DNA of 50,581 nt from contig DF237567.1 of NCBI GenBank assembly GCA_000708835.1, forward strand, positions 1-50,581, in the 5' to 3' direction. Within the stretch, counting starts at the first letter, position 1, and each line of letters opens with the position of its first letter. The position numbers and the translations under genes are program-made. Under the pieces are notes generated by a model that did not search any database, had not been told where the DNA came from, and saw nothing but the letters and a program-made list of their open reading frames with translations. Positions 41,501 through 50,581 of this stretch are shown here, in pieces. This DNA comes from Klebsormidium nitens (lineage: Eukaryota; Plantae; Klebsormidiophyceae).

Positions 41501-44190
41501 AGTCGTCAAGGGGAGACTCAGTTCGACGTTCAACGACCCGGCGACTGTGAAGGTGGGGCCTTACAAGATGGGCGCTGTCGAGACTGCTTATCGCTGTTCG
41601 CACACTCTTCAGCAGAAATTATTGTTGAAGGTGATTGATGGTGGGTTGGAGCTTCGTGACCTTTGATCGACAAGCTGGGCTCCAGTGGTTAGTGTAAACA
41701 TGCGGAAACCTGATGTTGGTCATCCTAAGTAAAAGGCAGTCTAGCGACACGAGACCACACACCCTATTCTCCGAGGTCCAAAGCTCTGCACCTACACATC
41801 CACGGACTGGAAAGTTGGATCTTTTAGGTGCCCGCTTCTAACGGGCCGTATGCCAAGAGATCCACTAAAGAGGATATCGTCCTTTAAGCACGCCTTCTCC
41901 TCGTCTTTCTGGATTTTCCTCTTTGCTGATAACCACTTTTCGTTGCAGCTGATTGAGGAGATTATGATAGGCGAAGACAAGCTGATCCACTTCATCGGCG
42001 TGGACAAACCCGAGGCCTGCACCATCGTTCTCCGGGGGGCCAGGTAAGAATTTGGGGTTAGGGTCTAGGGCTTAGCGTTTCACACTTCTTACATCGTACA
42101 TGGAATGACTCTTCCTTGTCTGCACGCTTTGGTTGCTTCTTTTCCGTCTTCTTGTGTTGCCCGTACGCGTCAAACAGGCTGACCGGTTTGCCGTTCTGAA
42201 TTGGGGTGACTCTACTCGGATACCTCGCACTGTTGGTGAAGCCCATCGCTTCGCTGGACTCCGCTTGAGTTCCATACCCTTGACTCGGTGGAGAATCTTT
42301 CCATCGCCCCCGCTTAAAAGTCATTCAAGCCATGAGTAATCCGCACCATCTTTACTCCTGACGGGGAAAGGCTGTCTGCACATCCTTCATCGAGAACAAA
42401 TACCATTGACACAACCGCTGAAGGGATCATAATGATAGGAGCCACACTGCGGACTCCTCCTCGCAGATTGTCCAGACGAGACAGCGGTCCTGCGAAGCAT
42501 CTCACCTTTTCCGCAAGACCTTATGCGTGTTACCCAGCTCTGGGCGGAAATCAGTATATTGATCAGGATTGTCGCCGTGTCAACTGCGCAGCACGCACGT
42601 TTCAAAGGAAGCTAGCAATTGCTGCAAATCCAACTGAGATGTATTCAAGAGCTTCGGTGATAGCATGCGAGCTGACAAAGTGCTTCGTGTGACTTGCAGC
42701 ACGCACGTTCTCGAGAAAGCAGAGCGATCGAAGTAAAAGCCTTAAGCTTCTGATAAGGACACATGCAATAAATGAATCTGCTGCCAATTCTATTTGCAGC
42801 ACGCACGTTCTTGAGGAAGCGGAGCGGTCGCTGCACGATGCGCTGTGCGTGCTGAGCCAGACCGTGAAGGACAGCCGCGTCATTTACGGGGGCGGCTTCC
42901 CTGAGGTCATGATGTCGAACGCGATCGAGGATCTCGCCCGGCGGTGAGACACCGATGCTGACGTCACCTGGACACCTATGCTGACGTCACTTGCTTTAAT
43001 AGTGCCGAATTGCTCTCTTTACGATATTGAGCCGCGACCTTCGTTTGCCCGTGTTTCAGGTCTTCTTATCCATACGCGGAGCTCTTACACGTTGACACGA
43101 CAGTGCACTATCTTCTTCATTCTCGACCAGTGTCGCTCTAGTTTTTGTAGCTCTTGAGGAGGAGAGGGCTTGGGTCCTGTTTTGCAGATGCGTCAAGCAC
43201 TTTTTCGCAGTTGCCAGGTTTGGACCAAGATTGTTGTGGTGCAGAATTGTTGCTTTGGTTCCTCTGCATCAATATGCTCGAGGGGGCGGAGCTACTTTGC
43301 AAAACTGCATTCGCGAAGGAGCGAAATCTGGTGCACATATTGGGGCTTGCGTTTGGACGCCTTTGGTACCTGCGCAATGATATCTCCCGATTCCGCTCCC
43401 AAGTTTCTGATTTTTCTCCTCCGCAGCACGCCCGGAAAGCGCGCTATGGCGATTGAGGCCTTTGCGACGGCGCTGCGCGGTATTCCGAGCACAATCGCGG
43501 AAAATGCGGGGCTCGACGCCGCCGAGATCGTGACGCAGCTCCGGGCGGAGCATGCAAAGGAGCGGAGCAAGGCGGGGGTAGACGTAATCAGGGGGACGGT
43601 AAGCCAATCTTCTCGAAATTGATATGTACGGATGTGAAGCCATCGATTGCAAGGACACTTTCATGGATGTCTAACTGAGGGGGAGTGAGAACGAGCGGTT
43701 TATCTGCAGTCGAGGGGACCGTAGGATTCCTTTCGGCGAAAGGCACTGCTCTTAATCGGCGAAAGCTCTGCTCTTTACCAGGTCTTGAAGGGGATGCCAC
43801 GCTTGGGTGGTCTGATCGGATGGTGTTTGGACCGTTCGTGCGGTTTATCACTGGAGATTGAAAAGATATGCTTCTTTTTAATAGCTACATCTTGCAGTGT
43901 GGGCTGGCATCTGAAGTTCCGAACCGCTTCTCTGGTTCAGCTTCTGTTTGAGCACTTGCAACCAATTTTGACATCGTTGGATTCGTCTCTGCTTGTTCTG
44001 CATATTGCAAACTCATTTTCCGGATCTTGTGCAGATCGGGAACATGGAAGAGCTAGGCATCTACGAGTCTTTCAAGGTCAAACAGGCCGTCTTGATGTCG
44101 GCCACAGAAGCGGCGGAAATGATCATGAGGGTAGACGAGATCATCAAGTGCGCACCTCGGAAAAGAGAGGGAATGGGACACGGCATGTAG
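35595..44190 (+). CDS. CCT2: T-complex protein 1 subunit beta (CCT2), 533 aa, 14 exons
   Basis: join(35595-35609,35800-35856,36459-36524,36839-36950,37642-37770,38122-38193,38495-38610,39204-39280,39711-39849,40895-41146,41949-42043,42800-42943,43427-43598,44035-44190) = 1602 nt. Diagnostic segments: EEKGERARM|[22 protein letters not shown]|[56 protein letters not shown]. The 15-nt first exon (MAGAG) is the least certain part. Confidence 0.97.
40296..40950 (+). repeat. Young tandem array (147-149 bp units) of CCT2 branch point, acceptor and exon-10 start
   Basis: cag|gtggc(c/g)gacat(c/t)ga(g/a)gc(g/t)gcggag(a/g)aggacaagatgcggcagaagtg..gacaagat begins at 40452, 40601, 40748 and, for the real exon, 40895. 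An older decayed copy atcgaggctgccgagaaggagaagatgcgg lies at about 40295-40324. Confidence 0.97.
41100..41575 (+). repeat. Three decayed copies of CCT2 exon-10 3' end plus donor
   Basis: Real tcaagctggggcactgcaag|gtgggt (GT 41147). Copies tcaagctggggcactgcaag|gtgggt (GT 41303), taagctggggtagtgcaag|gtaaga (GT 41440) and tcgacgttcaacgacccggcgactgtgaaggtggggccttacaagatggg (about 41523-41572). Confidence 0.9.
42585..42830 (+). repeat. Two copies of CCT2 exon-12 acceptor and exon start
   Basis: gcag|cacgcacgtttcaaaggaagc (AG 42591), ttgcag|cacgcacgttctcgagaaagcagagcgatcg (AG 42699), real ttgcag|cacgcacgttcttgaggaagcggagcggtcg (AG 42799). Confidence 0.9.
42948..42990. repeat. 23-bp period tandem repeat containing TGACGTCA just inside CCT2 intron 12
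   Basis: gacaccgatgctgacgtcac (42948-42967) and gacacctatgctgacgtcac (42971-42990). Confidence 0.85.
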
Positions 44191-45349
44191 CTCCAAGAAT
44201 GAAGGCAGAATATGGACTCCGTTTAATGAAATTGAGTCCTTACGAAACGTTGAGCGCCTCAGTCCTGCACACGAAGGACTCAACTCATGCAATCACCTCG
44301 AGGCTGCAAGCCTCCATGACCCTTGTTAGTTTGCCATGCAGTAGAAAATCAAATTGGATCCCAGCAATGCTTGCAGGCTGCAATATTTCAGAGTGCACAT
44401 GGTAGACCTCGAAGTTGCACCACTGCCATGCACACTGTGTGCGCAATCAACCGACGGTATTAATTAAGGTGATCATGGGCCGCGCAGTGCGACCGTACGT
44501 ATCTAAACTTACACACAATGTATATCGAATCAGTGTCTGCCAAGCGAGGTACATGATATGAAACTGAGCTGCCTGGCGCGGCAGCCGCCGGCCATGCATG
44601 CATATGCTGCAGTGCGTCATATCCAATTGCTCAAAGATCACATGCACCATGGGAACTTGAACTTATTATTATAAAACATAATGATGTGCCTGCACGAACA
44701 ATTTGTTATCGATCTGAGATATCACATGCATCCAACAGTGCGCATGCATTTGGGAAAAAGTAGCATCGCCACTTACTGTCAATGCTCAATGCGCGTGCAG
44801 GAATATCTGCAATGTCGAATTCACTCTTCGGGTTGCTATCTGACTCCACACATGCACACGCATATAGCGGGTTGCCAAAAGAAAGTACTCAAGTTCTGAG
44901 ACCACAGCACATGCACCATGGATGAGATAACAAGAAGAATTCAATGGTTCAACACACAAATACGTCCAATCAACACACAAATATGTCTGGTCCAACCAAA
45001 GTTTCATTGTTTGTCAGACCCCAGTCATCTTGAGGATCAATCTGGTGTGTACTTCACAGTGCCCGGCTCAAGCTTTTATTGAACTGACTGCTCAGCACGT
45101 GCTTGAGGGCCACGCAAGCGAGCTAACTATCCTGAACTTTTTGACAGCTACAGTTTTTGTGCTTTATTGCATTTTAACATGGAGGGCAGCCTGGCCTTTG
45201 ATCTGATCGTCGAAGGCAAGCTGCCGTCTATTAGTACTGCAAGACCCAGGACCAAGCTGGTCCAACGCCTGTACAAATGGACACAAACGCTGCCAGCAGC
45301 TAGCTGGCCATCTGCAACCCAGCAAATAAAGTAACAACCCATGCTGCGC

Positions 45350-48300
45350 CTACACAGCCGAGTAGGCCAGATTGTTAAGAAACGCGTGCTCCTCGAACCC
45401 GCACCCTGTCGGCTTGCACTGCTCCTTCTCCTCGGGCAGGATCATCTTGTTCATGTTAGTTCCCCGGTAGTGGAACCGGGTCGTGTCCCACGGGTGCGCA
45501 ATTTTGGGCAGGAACGGTGCCTCTAGCTCCCGCCTCCGGAGCTTCTCCCACTCGAACCCGGCAAACCAAGGGTGAGCCCGGATCTCCTCGATCCCCAAGT
45601 CTCCCCAGCCAAGCCTGTCCCCCGACTCGTGCTGCAACAACCGGGTTATCAGGTTCTTTGCGTCTGCGCTCAGGCTCTCCGGAAACTGGGGCGGCTTCTT
45701 GTCCTTGATGCGCTGCAGCACCTTGGCGGGGGGGGTCTTGGGCGCGTCCCCGAACGGACATACCCCGGTCAGCATGCGGTGCAACGCCACGCCGAGCGAC
45801 CACAGATCCACTGACCCGTCGTGCGCAAACCCGCGCACGATTTCTGGGGCGACATACGACGGCGTGCCAACACGCGCACGCGTGCTTTTGCCCTTGGGGA
45901 GCTTGGCGGCGTAGCCAAAGTCGACGAGCTTGAGGTAACCTTCGTCGTCGACCAGGAAGTTGGCGAGCTTGATGTCGCGGTGTGCGATGCCCTGGGACTG
46001 CAGGTACCCTAGCGCCTCGACCATGCACGCAACGTAGAACTTGGCCTGCTGCTCGGAGAGGGTGTCGTTGTGCTCCTTGACGAGCTGCTGGAAGTCGCCG
46101 CCGAGCATGACCTCCTGAAAAAGAAAGCAGGGGACAGGCAAGTTAGATGACTGCGGGAGGGGGAGAAAGAGATGAGGACAGGAGAATATCAAGGTCTGCA
46201 TTATGCACCCAGGCAAACTAAACTTCCAGATACAAGTTCCAGAACATAGAAACTGTAAGAGACTGCAAGGCAAACAATCAAGAACTGGAAGTACACCCAG
46301 CAATGCACGCAGAATCAGTCAAGAAAGATGCAAACTGACAAACAACTTGCTATTAAGAGGTGTGAAAGCAGCTGGACTGGCTGTTGCGATTCTTGTGAGA
46401 GCCTGGTCCTCCAGACGGCAGGCACTAACAACCTCACTCTCACCAGATCTCTCGTCAATAAAAGAACCAACAGTAAACAGGCGTTGCCACCCAGTTAGCA
46501 GCAGTCAAACAGAATGTTCACATAATACTTCGTAACATTGGAATCCTTACCTGGAGCAGGTAGGTGGACCCTTGCCACAGGAAATGCTTCACGTACTTCC
46601 CCACAAAGGGGCTGCTCAGGCCGCTCAGCAGCTGAATCTCGCTCTTGAGGCAGGCATCCTTGCACGGCTCCCGGGGAACCCACTTCAGAGCAAAGACCCC
46701 GCCAGTGCTCTTGTGCTCAACCAGACCAACGTGGCCAAACCCTGTGAATGGAGGGAGACCATATCAGATATGGTTGCAACAGGAACCTGCTGGGCAAAGG
46801 TTGGTCAAGCAATGGGAGCCATTGCACAGGGACCTTTGGACTCCGTGAATCCAATGCTTAAGATTCATTCTTACTTGCCCTGTTGCCAACAGGGATTTAA
46901 ATCCCCCTTCTGCTGACCTCAATCCCCCTTACTGCTCGATCAATCCCTTAATGCTGAACTCAGTCACATCATTTCAAAGTGGACGCATGAGAATGCAACG
47001 ACTGCCAACAAACTGGCATATTAGTTCTACTGTGGTACATCCGACTGCAAAGAATCTAAACATTACAATCGAGGCAGTCAGCCAGAAACATTGCAGGAAC
47101 AGGAAGCCAAGACCGATAAAGCAGGCCTCACCTCCAGCCCCCAGCATGTCAATGTACCGGTAGTTGCTCAGCTTCGACTGCTGCACATCTGGCACCATAT
47201 TCTGCAGGGGGGCTCCCTCTGGAACCTGAGTGAACCAATCCCGCCTCAGAATCGTCTTCAGCTCCAGCTCTGAGATGAACAGGCACTCCATTCCCCCAGG
47301 CCCTGCGTAGAGCTTGACCTTTGAGTTGTCCTCTGCAGTGTGCTTCCCCAACCTCAACCAATCGCATCCCAACCCCACAGGCCCTGACTGGCAAGTCCCC
47401 GGCCACTCCTTCAAACCAACCCCCTCATCCAGGACACTGCCGAACGCAGCACCTTTGAACAAGAGCTTCTCCTTCTCGGGGTTGAACGTTTGGCTGCCAA
47501 AGGGGGCCTCGCTGTTATCATCCATGTTAATGGACGCCGTGCCCTCTGTGATCAAATACAACCCCCGCTCAAGGTTCTTGTCATTGATGGGAACACCATT
47601 GAGTCCCACAAACGGCCGCCGAACCATTCTTGAGGCAATGTCGTGCAGGGACTTGAGGGAGGCCTGCTTGAAGATCAGTTGCCTGCAGAATATATTTGTT
47701 GCATTCAGAATCTCACAGCACTACGACAGTGCTTAAGAAGAGATGGTCCAAAAGATTAAGCTGAGGCGAATGAGCAGCTTAATCGACATCCTCCGCACGA
47801 GTTGTATGAGAACCCAGCCAATACAAGTGGTTGCTAAAAAGAACAAAATACATTTTTTATCCAGACCTGTGCTTAAACCTCCACAACAATGTCACTAGCA
47901 ACTGCTGAACTCCTGCTTACTCAACTCACCTTCTGAGCATCTTCCTGGCCCAAACAACTTGGTCGTCGTCATCTGCATGCAGCAGAAACCCCGGATGTCC
48001 ACCGCGTCTCTCTTCCTTCGACCAACCAATGTCAAAGTCCAGCCCACTCGTTGACTCTGGCACATCATTCTGGCCAGCAAACTCTCCAAACTCCTCTGGT
48101 GGCGGCGCCCCATACTCGGGAATCTGCTGCGTAAGAGCTGAGCTAAACTCCAAACCCCGCGCAACCCCAACTGGCTTCCTATCGAAAAACTCATCCACAA
48201 ACGCCGCCCCGCCAATCAGCTCCTCCGCATGCCGAACCTGGCTGATCCTGCGCGGCTCATCCTCTTGCTCCACTGTGTCCCGCACAGCCAGCCTGCGCAG

Positions 48301-48633
48301 GTGGTCGATTCTCAGGTCTGGGACTGGAGCCGTCGTCGGCAAAGTCGGCCCACTCCACCTACGTGACTCCATCCTAGCATCCTGCGCCAGAGACGAGCGC
48401 ACACAGCCCAAGCTCGCCGTTCTGTCTAGCCTGTTACCAGGCGACCGGATCCCATCACCGTCTCTACAAAAGGACCCGAAAAAGTCCTGATCCCAAGTCC
48501 GAGATCTCCTAAGCAACCGCTGTGTGGTTGGAGAGGACCGATACGAGGTGGAAGCCCCGTCGGCGGTCCGGTTCGAAAACCCCGAAAGGCTCGCCATTGC
48601 ACCTGCAGATGTCGAGCACCTGCAGGTTGCCAT
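45350..48633 (-). CDS. PKG/PKA-like AGC kinase with a single degenerate cyclic-nucleotide-binding domain (about 736 aa, 4 exons)
   Basis: complement(join(45350-46114,46551-46741,47132-47682,47930-48633)) = 2211 nt with consistent phases. CNB-like segment QLIFKQASLKSLHDIASRM...GLYLITEGTASI...KGAAFGSVL...CLFISELELKTIL. Kinase motifs LGAGG|FGHV, FALK, HRDIKLAN, DFG, GTPSYVAPE and an AGC C-tail EIRAHPWFAGFEWEKLRRRELEAPFLP. The start ATG is uncertain (48633 or the next in-frame ATG). Confidence 0.85.
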
Positions 48634-49784
48634 GGCTTCGTCAATTTTTTCCACAAGAAGTTCTTCACAAGCTGGCAACACCCTTCCGCGCTTCTTCCCT
48701 CCGCGTTGAATAGCTCAGCACGTCGCTAATGGTTACCATTTGTTTGCTTCCCCTAGCTTTCTCCCTCTCAAGAATCTCCTCCCTTCCACCTCGTTTCAGA
48801 TTTCCAAGCTTCCTTCCTGGTTGGAAGAATCTTGATCAGCCTGTACCAATTCAACTCTAGAGGTACGGACTGAGTTGATTGCGAGCACACGCGGTACGCT
48901 GCTCAAGTCGTGGCATCATCTGCTGGCATCAAGGGAGCCTGTACCAACCGCGTACGGGCTCCCGCTCCGTCCATCTGAGATATTTCGTCCACGTGCGAGC
49001 GGCTTCCTACCACAGGTTGAATTGGTACAGAGCTGGTACACAAAACGAAGTGCGCACGCCTGTCCGTAAGGATGTGCCCATCGCCACAATGGCGGTTGAA
49101 AGTCGGAATCGGCTCAACGTGGAACAAACCGCCGTTTTCGACGATGCAGATATTTTGCTCGGAAGAAGAAGGGGCGCCCGCAGATTTTCAGAACATCGCG
49201 GGCGGAGATTCGGTTCGTATCGAAGATGCCCACAAACCGATTTAATGCATGATGATTGGGCATCACGTGATACTGTTGCTCAAAATGACCGTTTTCGAAA
49301 GTTCCCACGGTCCATATTCCCTCTCAAGCATCCTCGTGATTGGCTCGACTTGGCAAAATCTTTCAAGCCAGCCAATCATGCTACTCTTTTCGCGCTCGAA
49401 ATTTACAGGTGTCATGCGTTCGAACATGTACAGGTGTCATGCCCTTGTTGTAAAGTTCAAGATCCGATGAACTTTTGAAGCAGTCCTTATCGGCGCATGT
49501 AATTGTCTAGACTTCTCTAAAACTACATTAAGGCCCTGTTACCCTTTCCCCTTTCATCGCTTCCCTGCTTTTGGGAAGATATTTCCTTCCGCTGCAAATA
49601 TCTCCCAAGCTCCGCTACGCGCTGCACGTTCCGGAATCCGGAGCAGTGAGCACGATCTGATAATCGAGCGGAATCTACGGTTTGTAGAGCAATGTGACTA
49701 CGGCCGGCCGGGGGGAAGACATCCTTAGTAAGTACTAGGGGACTATGCGCACTTAGAGGGGGGTGTCGGGGTTTCTCTGGTAAA

Positions 49785-50055
49785 ATGGGGACCCGGGTCT
49801 CGAAATCGACATCCGGCATCCCTTTCGGGCTGTGCACACTAGGTAGTCGGGGTCTCGCTGACGTATCGGGAACCCGGGTCTCCAAATTTTCCAAAATTCC
49901 GGGACCCGGCCCTTTGGTCGGATCTCGATCGAACGTCATAAATGCACATCCGGTACGAGTCGAAGTCGATACTTTTAGCTTTTTACAAGTATTTTGTACA
50001 GTCTCGGTACAAAAGCCATGTACTTGCAAACTTTCGGAACCCGGCATCCCGGTTG
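49785..50055. repeat. Cluster of short GGG(A)ACCCGG-type direct repeats
   Basis: gggacccgggtctc (about 49788), gggaacccgggtctc (about 49868), gggacccggccc (about 49900), ggaacccggc (about 50036). May be transposon subterminal repeats. Confidence 0.45.
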
Positions 50056-50069
50056 GCTGGTGTGCATAG

Positions 50070-50233
50070 CAGGGGTGCGGACAGGATTTTGCCCCGGGGC
50101 GCCTCTGCGCCCCGGGCCATCGCCCTGGGGCGCAGGCCAGCTTCCCTGGGGCGCAAATGGTAGGACCGGGCCTTTAATAGCGCCCGGTACAACTAGCACG
50201 TGCTATATATTGCGGGCGCCGTGGGAGGCCCTG
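50070..50233. mobile_element. Possible hAT-like non-autonomous element (MITE), 164 bp
   Basis: Begins CAGGGGTGCGG and ends GGGAGGCCCTG, giving inverted CAGGG termini typical of hAT elements, with internal GGGGCGC repeats. No 8-bp target-site duplication (gtgcatag versus aagtttga), so support is weak. Confidence 0.3.
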
Positions 50234-50581
50234 AAGTTTGAATCCTGGTCCCTGGCCCCCCTTATACTCCTCCTGAAGCAGCTATGGTATCTCTTGAATC
50301 AAAATGCTACTAGGTACAATCTGGATATAGAAGTAATAAATGCAGATATGCATCAGGAACTCAGATCGGATTGTTGCAATCAGCTGGGTTGGGAGGTCAG
50401 AAGTTACTAGAACTAGGACGATCATCTGAAATGCAGCTGGTATTGTAGGGACTTATATTATAGATGTCCAGTCCTCCAGCCAGCGCTTATGGAAGTGGAC
50501 CTCGCTCAGATGTTGACCTTGTTCGACTTCTCCACAGATATAAGCACCAAATACAGTCCTGAGTCAATGTCCCTGCTCAAG

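Noticed and set aside
45456-46028. Long alternative-frame or antisense ORFs over GC-rich exons (also 17968-18405, 18116-18604, 40835-41140, 48029-48490)
   Set aside because: They are shadow ORFs produced by high GC3 codon usage in the real exons and show no domain features.
49525-50200. TAA-GGCCCTGTT ... GGGCCT-TTAA, a possible PIF/Harbinger element
   Set aside because: The putative TIRs match over only about 6 bp, which is insufficient.

Overview
Intron-rich eukaryotic genomic DNA with only GT-AG introns. Gene sequences are plant-like with an algal, GC3-rich coding style; a streptophyte alga such as Klebsormidium is my inference and is not verified. I assembled seven multi-exon genes by hand, and intron phases close correctly in all of them: (1) AIRP2-like C3HC4 RING E3 ligase (+); (2) a secreted 399-aa protein with two EGF-like domains and three copies of an unfamiliar 6-Cys module (+); (3) NDR/STK38-family AGC kinase (-); (4) an animal-type, signal-peptide plus C-terminally anchored UDP-glycosyltransferase (+); (5) HdeD/DUF308-like membrane protein (-); (6) CCT2/TCP-1 beta chaperonin (+); (7) a divergent PKG-like kinase with a degenerate cNMP-binding domain (-). 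The most striking non-genic pattern is a set of splice-junction echoes. Six of the seven genes carry tandem, variably decayed 90-240 bp duplications of an exon edge plus its splice site or stop codon, lying in the adjacent intron or UTR, and several keep an intact branch point/AG or GT. All seven genes also show a CpG-poor zone in the 5' part of the gene body followed by a CpG-rich distal zone, and the echoes fall in the CpG-rich zones. I found no supportable rRNA, tRNA or CRISPR features. All calls come from reading the sequence; no database searches were run.
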